Of a stretch of DNA of 64,000 nt, positions 43,682 through 56,097 are shown piece by piece; the stretch's first letter is position 1, and each line of letters starts with the position of its first letter. Position numbers and translations under genes: made by a program. The notes beneath the pieces are model-generated. The model saw nothing but the letters and a program-made list of their open reading frames with translations. It searched no databases and was not told the origin of the DNA. This DNA comes from Naegleria gruberi (taxonomy: Eukaryota): the NCBI GenBank assembly GCA_000004985.1, contig GG738868.1. One strand, 5' to 3'.

Positions 43682-45793
43682 TTATTTAAATTTCTTCATG
43701 TAAACATTCATCAATTTAGTTCGCATCTCATCACTGAATATATTTCCAACCAATCTAATCAGCTTTTTAGAAACATTTTCTGCAAAGTCCATATTCTTAT
43801 CTCTGAGTGGTGATGTCATTAAAACATTGGTCATGACTGGAGAAACTGTATTGGCTCTGCTCTTGGTTGTAGACAATTCATTCTTTCTTGATAATCTTGT
43901 CAACTTTTCTACAATCTTTCTTTCTTTAATGCTCGCTAAATCAATGTAAATTATTTGAATATTATTGATTAATACTTACATTCTATTGGTGGAAGTTTGC
44001 TTAGTACATCTGATTCTGGATCAAACAGATACGACACTAGAGAAGACATTTTGTTACAAAAAATTGAAAAGTACTTGGTTTTTCCAAATCCTTGATAACA
44101 GATTCTAAATGTACTCTCTGTTGTTACTCTTATACACAGCAATATTATTGGATGATTTGTTGTCAGTTTCATTCTGTTAGTTCTGTATTTTATCAAATCA
44201 TCCATAAGTGTCGAATAAGCTCCTAACAGCCGTTTGTCCAAATCCTCTCTGATTGGTCCAGTTAATTTCCTCCAGAAATGTTCTTGAAACTTACCTATCA
44301 TGATTTTGATCTTTTGCAAATTCTTTTAAGAAAGCCCAGTAGCAGTATTCAATAAAAACTTTGATAAATGCTGTAAGCTTAATGTCTGTTAAATCTTTTG
44401 CTATCGAATGTTTTTGCTTGTCTGAAATCCAATTCCATTTATCAAATGGAAATTCTTCAAAGAATGAGTTTTGTAATTCTACAATTTCAAAGGATGATAA
44501 ATGAGGCATCTTCTCCAACTCTCTTTCATCAAATGTATGGGGATCAATAATTGAATAAGATATATCCTCTTCTCTCTTACTAATCTTTGACATTACGGAT
44601 CTACTTCTTGGAGGAATGTTTGACTTTGAGATTCTATTCTCTTTCTTACTTGTTGCCCTCTTTAGAGTGGATTTTAAAGTTGAAGTTTGTGTTGTTTGTA
44701 AAGTACTGTTCTGATTATTTTGAATGTTAGTCGTGTTGACTGTTATATTTGTTACATTAGTATTTTCTGAGGTTGCGTTAGCTCTCCTCTCGATTCTGTT
44801 TTGCTTATATTTCTCCTTATCAACTTTTCTCAATTCATGTATAGAAATCTCTAGCTCTTTATCATCTCCATCCAACATGAATTTTTCTCTTATCAAATTG
44901 TAAGGATAAATATATTTTTTGTACTCATCAAATTTGGGAACTGCTAATTTTCCTTCATCAGTAACTACTCCAGTCTTTTTTGGGGTTGTTTCTGATTTTT
45001 CGTTATCAGCACTTTGTTCATCTTCCTCACTTTGTTCCAGTTCTTTTAATTTCTTTTTCCTTTTAATTCTTTCGAATAAAGGATCAAAATTAAGTCTTTT
45101 CATTTCCTTTGACATTATTTCCATAACTCTGTATTCATAATCTGTTTTTGATGATGTAGCACCTCCAGTGGCTGTTATTGCAGATACTGGTTGATTTTTT
45201 GCTAATAATGGAGATGGAGAAAATGTCAAATATAATTCATTGTTTTGAGTTCTATGTTTGTGGGCTACACAATTAGAAATTGGTAAAATATTATGCACTA
45301 TTTTCAAATTCCTTTGTGTAACTGAAATTCCTAATCGTTCCAAATATCTAGCAGCATATTCATCTCTAAAACATTTTTCTAAAGTTTCGGGAGATTGTTC
45401 CAAAAGAGTTGATTCTTTAAATCCCTTATTCATAGGAATACTTGCTACAGTTGAATCATCTAGTAATGTATCCACTTCTTTCCTTTGTCTTCCTCCCATT
45501 TGAGCAACTAGGGGAAGTTTGCTACTTCCTTGACTTGAGCTTCCTCTTGTACTCGATTCACTTGATGATGGTAGTACTTGTTTTACTTTCTTTATAATTT
45601 CATTATACATTTCTTGATTTAATTGATTATCGGGAGCTTCAATTTGATTGAGGACTGAAGGAACATTCTTGGTTTTATTAGGAGCCTTTCCTCTCGTTTC
45701 AATAATCCTATTTGCTAATGAGGTTAATTCGTTTACATTCATATCTACATCGTAGGATATCAGATCCAAGCCTTTAAACTCCTTCTTCTTCAT
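43682..45793 (-). CDS. Conserved hypothetical protein (three exons: 44295..45793, 43980..44248, 43682..43935; introns 46 and 44 nt)
   Basis: Exon 1 ends ...FAKDQNHD with AG|GTAAGT. The 46-nt intron ending CCAATCAG and the 44-nt intron GTAAGTATT...GATTTAG give exon phases 2, 1 and 0 that close exactly, with exon lengths 1499+269+254 nt. The product has an S/T/N-rich middle and a C-terminal region ...DKWNWISDKQKHSIAKDLTDIKLTAFIKVFIEYCYWAFLKEF.... No family recognised. Confidence 0.55.
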
Positions 45794-47095
45794 CTTTTAA
45801 GGTCTTGAATAAAATTTAGGCTTTTTTTAATGATGAAATAACACAGTACTACGATAAGGTGGCAGATTATCGTTACACATCTCTAGTCCTCAATCATCAC
45901 ACAGTTTCGATTCAAGTTATTGGAGTGATGATGATATTCATAGAGGCTCATCATTCTTTGCTTTTCCAAGATCTTAAATTAATGTTATTATTATTAACTA
46001 TTTGGTTTTTTATTAAGAAGATATTGGTGAGGGTAGTAAGCAAGGCAAATTAATAATACAGAGAAAAGGTGGTGGGATGAAAGCAAATGGGAATAAAAGC
46101 CTTTCCTCTTTGTATAATATTATGTTCGCTACGCAAATCGTTATTCAAAAAACAAAATTAATCCTATTTGTCCAAAATAATATTAATATTATTCATCATT
46201 ATTATTAATCCACAAAATCAATCCGTTCATTGTTAATTATATTAAAAGTATCCATCGTGGTCATCATCATTGTTTAATATTATAGAGTACTACTAAAAAC
46301 ATACCTCTCTGGAAGCGGTAACATAGTGATAAATGACCAACAAGACCATGATCATAACACCCATGAAATTGGCAAACACTCCTAATTGTACGTCTGATAT
46401 CATTTACTATTGTACAGTAAAACACATAACAAATATTTGATCATCAATCATCAGCAAAAACCGGCAAAGACCATGAAGACATACCTCGAATATTTTTTAT
46501 TAATTTTATTGTTAAAAAAACTTTGCCAACAACAAACAACAATATTTGGAAACAAGATGATTTGTCAATATTATTAATCCAAACCTTCACGAATCTTATG
46601 TAAAATACTTTGATGATTTAAATTTTAATATTATAGCTCAATACTGGGAAAGATTTGACCTTCATGTATCAATCCACAACTGTTGATAACTTACAAATTG
46701 GAATTTCGCATTATTTACCCCCGTCTTCTGATCCAGTTTGTTAATCAATAATCCAGTTAATGAGAAAGAAAGAAATTATTTAAGGAACTCAAATAATGAA
46801 AACTCCAATTATTAAGTGAGCCATACCAATCAATTTTAATAAAGTGCTGAATTGTGTGTTGCTTTAAAAGGGTTAAAGTACTATTCTAGCTCTTCAAAAA
46901 CTAGTTGTAAAGTATTACAACAACAGTGTCAGCTATCCTTTGGTTGCAACTCAATTATCTTGATGTTTCCTGCAGGGATTATCAGACAATCTTTCTCATT
47001 TCCAAAAGAAAATGGCAGGAAATCATAAATGAATGATCAACATTTTTTATTCAATTTAAAAAAAAAAATAGACTTGGTGAAATCATCTTGTTGGA

Positions 47096-47998
47096 ATGGT
47101 TAATGTTTCGTCTCAATTAAAGCCTCTGATAATATCGAGTAAAGTGAATCCAATTATCAAGGAATGTATTAAGATTAGGACGAAATATTCTAAAAACTTT
47201 AAAAAATGTTTTACCTTTGATCAACCTCAAGTTTTTAAAGGAGAAGAAGGAATTCAATATAAATCTCTTCCAATGTTGATGAATGGATCAAAGATTATTA
47301 GAGAAGCTTCCGAAAAGTATAAAATTGAACCTAAATGGTTGTTTTATAGCTCGGAACAATCCGAAATTAAATTCAAATCTAATGATATTCAATATTATCA
47401 AACTAATGATAATTTAATTAATCATATTTGTGGAGATATTGTTAGTAATGATGGATATTGTGCAGTTTATGATAATTATAATCCTTTTAAATTATTTGAA
47501 AATAAGAAGAAGAGGAATGTTTATATTTATTGTTATAAAGTGAGTGATCCAAATAATTTAGGGTCAATTATTAGAATGAGTTTTGGATTTGATATTAAAG
47601 CAATTTTCTTGAGTGAAGATTGTGTTTCACCTTTTACTGAACGATCAATTAGATCAAGTAGAAATTATATTTTAAATATTCCAGTTTTTCATTTACCTTT
47701 GAAAGATTATAAAACAATTATTTATGATCAATTGAAATGTAAAAAATCATTAATTGCTGATGCTTCAACAGATAGGAAAACTCCAATTCAAAATTTGAAT
47801 GATTCTAATGAAGGAGATGTATGTTTAATTATTGGAAATGAACATCATGGATTTTGTGATGATGATTTTAAATCAATTCTTTTACCACAATTAGAAAATC
47901 AATATGAAGGTATTTACATTCCAATGAAGAATAATTTAGATTCCATTTCCGTTAGTCATGCAGCTTCTATATTAATGTTTGAATTAACAAAAAAGTAA
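47096..47998 (+). CDS. SpoU/TrmH-family RNA 2'-O-ribose methyltransferase
   Basis: 300-aa ORF with SPOUT signatures NLGSIIRMSFGFDIKAIFL and VCLIIGNEHHGF...SVSHAASILMFEL. Confidence 0.65.
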   Translation: MVNVSSQLKPLIISSKVNPIIKECIKIRTKYSKNFKKCFTFDQPQVFKGEEGIQYKSLPMLMNGSKIIREASEKYKIEPKWLFYSSEQSEIKFKSNDIQYYQTNDNLINHICGDIVSNDGYCAVYDNYNPFKLFENKKKRNVYIYCYKVSDPNNLGSIIRMSFGFDIKAIFLSEDCVSPFTERSIRSSRNYILNIPVFHLPLKDYKTIIYDQLKCKKSLIADASTDRKTPIQNLNDSNEGDVCLIIGNEHHGFCDDDFKSILLPQLENQYEGIYIPMKNNLDSISVSHAASILMFELTKK

Positions 47999-48006
47999 TA
48001 AATAAT

Positions 48007-50674
48007 TTATTTCATTAATTGAGCATCAGCAGAGTACAATGACAAGTTATTAGTAGCACATTCAGTTAAATATTTACATGGTTTGAATGAGACAATTTCA
48101 CCATTACTATCTTGATAGAATTTGGTTAATTGGTCATGAATATATTTAGCACCATATTCATCAGCCCACTTCATCAAACCTCCATAGAAATGCATGAATC
48201 CCATTCCCATAACACTGGCAACATCAATGTCACTAACTCTGAAAACAAGTTTTTCTTCAATTACTCTACAAGCTTCATTAACAGCATTGAAAAGACAAGC
48301 TTCAGCAATTTCCTTATCAGAATAATTCAATTTGCTTGGATTACCAGCTAACTTTCTTGCTTGAGTTAATAAAACTTCCAAACCTTCAAGATCTGGGCTT
48401 CTCTTACCAGTTGAATCATACTTATAGAATCCTAGACTTGTCTTTTCTCCCAATCTCTTTGAATCAATCATGAGTTTCAAAAGAGGTGATCCTCTGGCTC
48501 TATCCTTATAAGCTCCTCCAATTGATCCTGAAGCATAGTTCAATACATCAACACCAGCTGTTTAAATATTGTTGTAAACTCTATAAAGAATTTAAATTAG
48601 TGAAAACTTACACATATCAGCCATATTGAAGAAACCAACACGCATAGCAGTTTGATTAATAGCCTTATCTAATTGATATGGATGAACACCTCTTTCAATG
48701 AGATATTGAGCAGCAATACCATATCTGTCAATGATTCATATAATTATTATTAATATTAAAATATTAAGATATTCACATTTGAAAGAATGAAATTACTTAC
48801 GGCCAGAAGATTCTATTAACAGCAAAACCAACAGCATTGAGAACAACAACTGGAGTCTTTTTAACTTGTTTGGCAAATGATAAAGAAGCATTCAAAACAT
48901 TTGAAGTATTATGTTCAGTTCTAATAATTTCCAAAAGTGGCATAACGTGAGCTGGAGTGAAATAGTGAAGACCAATAACACGTTCTCTATTCTTCTTATT
49001 TGTCATCTTATCTGAAATTCTATTCAAATCAATAGTACTGGTATTAGTAGCTAAAATACAATTTGGTGAACAGTGCTTTTCCAAATCAGCAAAGATATTT
49101 TGTTTCAATTCAACAATTTCCAAAACAGCTTCAATAACCATATCTAACTTGTCAAAGTTTTCAAAAGTAGTTTGAGCTTTGAGTTGTGACATGATCTTAT
49201 CAAATTGTTCCTTTGTCATTCTCTTTCTATCAACTTTGGATTGGAAAACTTTACGAATACGATCTAAACCAGCTTGAGCAGCACCATCATTGATTTCCTT
49301 AAGAATAACTTGAATACCATTCTCTAAGGCATTTACAACAATGTTAGCACCCATAGTACCTCCACCAATGACACCCAAATATTTAATCTTTTGAGGTGAT
49401 GAAGGAGAAGAAGATGAGGATGTTAAATATTTTGGTAATTTTGTGGTGGCCTTAGTAGCAAGGAAATAGTGAACCATTCCACGTGAAACAGGTTGATTGG
49501 CAATCTTTAAGAATTCTCTACCTTCACAATCTAATCCATAATATCCATTACTGATGAATGAAACACTTTCACGTACAACTCTAATCAATGCTCTCAAATG
49601 TGGAAGTTTTTGTTGAATTGGATCTAATTTGCTTTCAATTTGATTGACAATTTCAACAGAATTACCTTCTTCAAGTAAAACTTTTGAATATAAAAGTGAT
49701 TTCTTAATACTTCTCTTTCCATTAATCATTTCTAAAACGAGTTCAATGGCAGAATTTAACAATTTTGATGAATCCTTTTCTAATTTATCAACAAGACCTA
49801 ATTCAAATGCTTGTTTTCCTTTGATTGGTTGAGCAGATAACATCATTTCAATTGATTTCTTTGTACCAATCAATCTTGGTAATCTATTACAACCTCCAAA
49901 TCCAGGAATAATACCAAGATTAGTTTCAGGTAATCCTAAAACTGAACTTTCAGTACAAACTCTTCCATTACAACTCATAGCTAATTCTAAACCACCACCC
50001 AAAGCAACTCCATCAATACAAGCAATAGTTGGCTTGTTTTTAGGAGAATTTTCAATTAAATTCATTAATCCATTACCATTTTGAAGGAATTGAACTTGTG
50101 CATCACTTGTTTGAACATTTTTACCTTGTCCTGAAGCAATTTCTAATTTAATCAATGAATTATCATTCAAAAAAATTATTAAAATCATTTGAATGGTTAT
50201 TTGTATAAATTCAAATAATTCAAATTAAAATGAATAAATAATTAAATGAATTAAAATCCATTAATTAACAATATAAAACATACCAGTAATATCAGCTCCT
50301 GCAACAAAGAAACCCTTCAATTTAGAAGCAATAACAATACCCTTGACTGAATCATCATTGTTAGCCTTTTCAATATTTGTTTGAATAGCCTTGATAAATC
50401 CTGCAGAAAGTGCATTAACAGGACCATCATTCAAATATAATACAACAATTGGATATTGATTAAGTTTTTGATAAATGACACGATCAACAGAGGCACTACT
50501 GGTGGTGGCTGAAGTAAAATTCATCATCATGACAGATCCATCAGTACTACTACTACTACTATTTAATGAAGCGTTATTATCATTATTATTGGATGGATAT
50601 AAGTGATTATAAATTTGTTCAAGACGATGATGTACAACCATTTTTTTCTTATGTTTTTTGATCCGATTAACCAA
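48007..50674 (-). CDS. Fatty-acid beta-oxidation multifunctional enzyme, type 1 (enoyl-CoA hydratase/isomerase + L-3-hydroxyacyl-CoA dehydrogenase, FadB/EHHADH-like) (exons 50284..50674, 48801..50142, 48612..48724, 48007..48557)
   Basis: N-terminal crotonase fold (GFFVAGADITG...ACIDGVALGGGLELAMSCNGRVCTESSVLGLPETNLGIIPGFGG), then the 3HCDH Rossmann motif VIGGGTMGANIV and a C-terminal 3HCDH domain. Introns of 141, 76 and 54 nt (GTATGT, GTAAGT, GTAAGT) with phases closing; total 2397 nt. Confidence 0.8.
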
Positions 50675-50825
50675 ATAGCTCGGAGATGATGATGGAAGGA
50701 AGGAATAAAAACTTTATCGCTATTTGCAATTCTCCTGATTATTCCGACCTCATGTTTACAAAAATGATTCTTTTTTTATTGACCCACCAATAAGAATTTA
50801 TTGAATTCAAACTTTGTGTGATAAA

Positions 50826-53753
50826 TTACATATCCAACCCAACTCCCATCTTTCTTCTTTCGAGTGCTAATCTTTCGTGAAGTCTCTGTTTGACAATCAT
50901 TTCTCTTTCATTCTTGTAGGGAGAGGTATTGAGTATATTTTGTTCTGGTGATGGGAAATGAATATCCCTTGTCAGTTTGATATCTACTTCTTCCTCAGTT
51001 GACGGTTCAAGGGAAGACTCTTCCTTAATTTTCATATCATCATTGGTGGTATTGGAATCACTTCGACTATGGAGAGTTGTTGATGTATTAGTGGTTGCAG
51101 AATGTTCAAGAGTTGAAGATGAAACAGAAGTTGTTGTGGTAGACATAATTTGTTGCTGTTTCACTAATTCTGAAAGGAGGTGATGAATTTCTTGTGGAGA
51201 TAATTTGGAAAAGAAATTATCTTTGGAAGATGTGGTAGAGGCATTGAGTGGATCGTCATTTGATGTGATTGGAGGTTGTTCGTCCATTTCTATTACGTCC
51301 ATAGTGGGAGTTGGTTGGGTATCTGTAACAACAGCAATTTCTTCATCTTTGGTTGGTGTGAAGGAGAACAAATTTTCAGAACTTGATAGTACATTAACTC
51401 CAAACCGATTGTAATTGTAATTTGTGGAGTAGTCAGTATGTGTATCTTCAAAACTTGTGAGATAATCAACCTTATCCTCATAACTATTATTGAAAGATTC
51501 GTTAGATTTGAGCTGAGTAATCAAATTTTGACTTTGTTCTTCAATGATTTTGAAAATATTAGAACTACCACTTGCAGGTTGTGGATTTTCACCTTGTAAA
51601 CTTTTTTGTTTCTCTGGAGAGACGGAAGGGATTGTAATGGCATTTAAACGAGGTTGTTGTACGATTGGTTGTTGAGGTGGAGTGATATTTTGCCCAACTT
51701 GTGGTAGCCTCCTAGGTTCCAAGCTAGGAATAATGTTACTGGTATTTGGACTTGAAACGTAAACGTTAGAATTCATATTCGAAACGCCTTGCTGTTTTTT
51801 AGAATCACCACCATGTCTCAAAGACGTTTCCCAATGATAAGTACTACAGTTTGCCTTGGAATGTGCCAAATGTCTAAAATCATTAAAGTTTCTAACATTG
51901 GGATTTCCTCTCATTCTACTGTTTTTCTTTCCAGATCTTTCTGGATTGTAAGTTTCTAATATGCTTTTCACCTTTTCCGTTAATTCTGGATTTTGTTCAC
52001 TTACTGAGCTTCTTGAGCTTAAAATACTCTGCGTTATTTCTTTGACTTCCTCTTGTCTGGTTCCTTCCAGAATTGTTGACAATTCCTCAAATTGTTTTTG
52101 CTGTTGAATATTATATTGTTCCATCACAGAAATATATTCTAAAAGGACATTAATATCGTTCTTAGTTTGGTCATGTTGTTCCTTAACCATATCAAAAGTT
52201 TGAGTTTTCTCTCTATGGTCAATTTCAAGCTTAGATTTGTGTTGGTGGAGAGCTACTCTCATTTTGGAGACTTGTTTTTGCAGCTCGACTCTATTCTCTT
52301 CGATAGTAATTCTCTTTTGCTTTTCTTCTTTGTACAATTGTTGAATATTTCTATAATTTCTTTGAATTCTATCAAACTTTTTCTTGTTTTCCTCAGCTTC
52401 TGCCAATAGATTTTCATTGGCTGTTCTAAATGTTTCACAATCCAAATTCAAGTTCTTAATTTGAGTCTTTAAAGAGATTATTTCATTTCTTAGTGCTTCG
52501 TTGGATTTTTCAAGTCTGATATTTTCAGTTTGTTCCTCTGCCAAAACTAGTTTTAGGTCATCTATTGCTCTGGCATCTCTCTTTAAGGACATTGTTTGCT
52601 CATCATCAAATGTTGGCAAAGGTTGATTGTTTAACATTTTAAGTGTTGGAATATTTGGAGGTTGTACAGGAGCTGAATGCGTCAGCCTGTGAGACTTCTT
52701 AGGGGCACTATTTGGCCTAGCTCCTCTAGATGATGAAGGTCGTTCTCTAGACAATTCTTTTGATGCATTTGCTCTTGTTGGTTGAGGTGTGCTGGGTCTT
52801 TTAAAAGATGTAACCGAGGAACCAGTAGAAAAATTATCTCCAGCTTCAGAGCTTGATTGAAAACTGAAACGACGTTTAGAGTTTAATACATTCAGTTTTC
52901 TTAAAGAAGATTCAGTTTCGTATTCCATATCCTCATCCGAAGTTATTAATGTATTCATAGTTGAGATAGATTCCTGATCATCCAATAATCCACTATTTAA
53001 ATCCACTGAATCAATTTGAGAAAGTGAAGGGACAAGAGTAGATATTGCATTAGTATGACTAGCTTGTCTACACAATTAGAAAAATTATGCAATCGTTACA
53101 ACTTACTTGGAAATTGGATTCCCTCTAATTTTTAAATATTGAAGATTTCTTAAATTTGATAATGCTCTGATTGAATCAATATTTGAAATTTCATTATTCA
53201 TTACATTTAAATCCACTAGTTTTACCAAATGTTCAAGACCATCCAATAATTTAATATGATTATTAGACATGTTGAGGTGAGTTAAATTTACAAGAGTTAG
53301 AAAAGAACTATAGGTATGATTGATGTGATTATAACTGATATTAAGTTCTTGTAAGGAACACAAGATCTCTATCCCAACAATCTTTGTTAATAAATTATGA
53401 GAAACATCTAATTTTGTTAGTCCTAGGGGAAGTCCAGATAATTTTTCTATTCATCACCAATTAATCATCCAATTAATTCTTCAAAATCACTTACTTAATT
53501 TGTTTCTAGATAAATTTAAAATGTTGAGGGAAGTAAATGTTTGTAGATTTGATAACCGATGAATGTCATTCCTAGATAAGTCTAAACTTTTTACTAGACT
53601 AAGAGTTTTTTTATCTTCCTCTCCACCGAACTGTATAAATTACAATGGTGATGATTTGTAAAATTGATGATGTTATTATTGAGTGATTTATTAAAAATAT
53701 ACCTTATCTAAATCGATTTCTTCAATTTCTTGGCCAGCGAAAGAGATGTGCAT
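50826..53753 (-). CDS. Leucine-rich-repeat (SDS22-like) plus long coiled-coil/disordered protein, centriolin/LRRCC1-like architecture (exons 53703..53753, 53495..53630, 53107..53446, 50826..53067)
   Basis: Exons 1-3 encode ~7 LRRs (LDLSRNDIHRLSNLQTFTSLNILNLSRNKLKKLSGLPLGLTKLDVSHNLL...LQELNISYNHINH...LTHLNMSNNHIKLLDGLEHLVKLVDLNVMNNEISNID...LQYLKIRGNPI). Introns are 72, 48 and 39 nt with closing phases. Exon 4 is a 749-aa S/T-rich and coiled-coil region. Confidence 0.6.
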
Positions 53754-53978
53754 TATTTTTTTAGATTTGAAGGCAGTTTACATGATTTCTCCAAACAACA
53801 ATACAACTTTCCCGCCACTTCTTCTACAAAGAAGTAAAACATTCAATGATGGGCTGCATGATGATTCAATAATTTTATTTGTAGTTGTTCATCAATTGAT
53901 TCAAAATGATTAAGAATTCGTCTCTCTTGATCAGAGGAACAATGAAAAACAATGAAAGAATGAAGTGGTATACATGTA

Positions 53979-54626
53979 TTAAAGATTCAACTGGTATGAA
54001 TTATAGAAACTTCCTGAAAAGTGTACTTCTCTATTGCAATCCAATGATTTAATAACCCACTTGAAATCTCTACCCTTAGCTCTTTCCTTCTCTAAAGACA
54101 ATTTTGTTTTTGGAGGAAATATCATTCTAAGCACTTTATCCATTGCATTTTTATCAAAATGATTACCTTCAATTCTAATGATTGTTAAATTCTTAGTAAT
54201 ATCAAGAACATCATATAATGTATTAACTCTCCTACTATCCAATTTAGAATATGATAAATCTAATTCTGTGATCTTTTCTGCCAGCAAGGTAGGTGTCTCT
54301 CTTCTAGTATCAATCGATTCTTTCAAAGTTGAATAATAAACTTTACTATAATTATTTCTTCTAATCATTCTCAATAAAACTGTGGCACTTTCATAGTTGT
54401 GAGCGGAGAATTTAAAATTATCAAATCTTTCAAACACAACATTGAACCACGTACGATTAATTCTCAAGCATGAAAAAAACAAATCTTGAGTTTCCAAATA
54501 TTTCATAATCTCATAACAAACATCACCTGAAAACTTATTATCATTCTCCGCTAATAAAGGTTCATATTTTGTCTTCTTTTTTGGTTGATCAGTTTCTTCT
54601 CTTTTCCTTCTTGCCATTTTTTTCAT
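53979..54626 (-). CDS. F-box-like protein
   Basis: 215-aa ORF. Basic N-terminus, then an F-box-like segment VCYEIMKYLETQDLFFSCLRINRTWFNVV. Confidence 0.4.
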   Translation of the reverse strand: MKKMARRKREETDQPKKKTKYEPLLAENDNKFSGDVCYEIMKYLETQDLFFSCLRINRTWFNVVFERFDNFKFSAHNYESATVLLRMIRRNNYSKVYYSTLKESIDTRRETPTLLAEKITELDLSYSKLDSRRVNTLYDVLDITKNLTIIRIEGNHFDKNAMDKVLRMIFPPKTKLSLEKERAKGRDFKWVIKSLDCNREVHFSGSFYNSYQLNL

Positions 54627-54908
54627 GTTATTTGATTTTTATTAATCCACGTATTTCTGGAATAAAAAGTGACAAGTTGTAGAGCATGAAAATTTGTTTG
54701 TCTTCAATCCTTTGAATGTAATTACAACAACTTTCACAATATTTTGTAAACAACTTCAATCTTACTATTTGATTTATTAATAATTTGAAGATGAACTTTG
54801 AAAAGCAAAAAACCCAAAATGAACTTGGCCAAACAGTAAACACTTTAAAAAAAAAATCAAAACACACCAACTTGATTATTCACTTGCCACCGATCGTTAT
54901 ACAAAAAT

Positions 54909-56003
54909 ATGCAAAGTATTCTCCAATTACCTCCTGAACCATTGGGAGTGATTTGTTCGTTTATTTGTGATGAACCCGAATTAATTAAATCCTTCATGAT
55001 TACTAATAAGGATTGGTATTATAATTTATATATGGATGAGAATTCTAATATTTGGGCAGAGATTGTAACATACCGAGCAGATAAGAATATTTTGGAACAA
55101 TTTATGAAGGAAAAGCAAGATCGTTCCTATAGAGAATTAGTATTTTCTATTTGGAATGAAATGTCTGGTTATGGAGGGAATTCATTATTTGTTTTCAAGA
55201 ATAATGAAAATGGTAATTTAGCTCAACAAGTAGGAATGCAAGTAAAATTTGATGATGAGATGGCAAATAGATTTAAAGGAACTGATGGGTTTACAGTTGA
55301 AATGTGGATTAATTTTAAATTGCATACCTTCTTTCCAGTCATGTGTTGTTTAACTGATAGAGATTGGAATAATGGTTTTGGATTATTTGAATATACAAAC
55401 GGAAACAATGAAGAAAATCCAAATACTATTAACATGTTTGTACAAGATTGGTATCAAGATCCAAATTATTTCACTACAGCTCCAATTCCAGATGTGAATG
55501 AATGGAATCATTTTGCTGGAGTTTTCAGTTATGCAGATAATACAGTCAGGATTTATAGAAATGGTCAATTGATAAATTGTAAAACAATTACTGATCATAA
55601 TATTCAAATAAGTTCAGATATGAATTTGGTGATTGGTTTTTCTGATTATTCAGGTGATATTTCTTATCATGTTATTGGTGAATTTAATGACATTAGAGTT
55701 TGGAATGTGGCTCGATCTGATACTGAAATTTCAGAATATTACAATAAGAGAATTACAAAACTAAACTTTTTGAATGAGAAAGAGTATGAAGGATTAGTTT
55801 TCAATTTTTATCCATCAGTGGAGGATACTAAGGAAAATATCAAGAACAAATCACCAAATCCAGAATACAGAATTGAGAAGTATGATATTGTAGATAATGC
55901 AGCAACAGATATTGCAACCTCTGAAGTTGATAAAATGGGGAAAAGTCTACTTTCTAAAATGTGGTCGAGTGCCTATTCCACAATAAAGAAGGTTTTCAAA
56001 TAA
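54909..56003 (+). CDS. F-box-like N-terminus fused to a concanavalin-A/laminin-G-like lectin-fold domain
   Basis: 364-aa ORF. N-terminal LPPEPLGVICSFICDEPELIKSFMITNKDWY (F-box-like). The C-terminal ~230 aa carry ConA/LamG-like hallmarks (FTVEMWINFKL...NHFAGVFSYADNTVRIYRNGQLI...DIRVWNVARSDTEI). Confidence 0.5.
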   Translation: MQSILQLPPEPLGVICSFICDEPELIKSFMITNKDWYYNLYMDENSNIWAEIVTYRADKNILEQFMKEKQDRSYRELVFSIWNEMSGYGGNSLFVFKNNENGNLAQQVGMQVKFDDEMANRFKGTDGFTVEMWINFKLHTFFPVMCCLTDRDWNNGFGLFEYTNGNNEENPNTINMFVQDWYQDPNYFTTAPIPDVNEWNHFAGVFSYADNTVRIYRNGQLINCKTITDHNIQISSDMNLVIGFSDYSGDISYHVIGEFNDIRVWNVARSDTEISEYYNKRITKLNFLNEKEYEGLVFNFYPSVEDTKENIKNKSPNPEYRIEKYDIVDNAATDIATSEVDKMGKSLLSKMWSSAYSTIKKVFK

Positions 56004-56097
56004 AATCTTCTTAAATTGAATTAATTTTATATATGGTTTATTTGAATAGTTTAAGCATTTCACTAGATCAATAAAACAATAAGATCATTCTTCATTA

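Noticed and set aside
45859-46053. 64-aa ORF in the 1.3-kb spacer between the unknown 3-exon gene and the SpoU gene
   Set aside because: Hydrophobic low-complexity translation of AT-rich spacer. No support.
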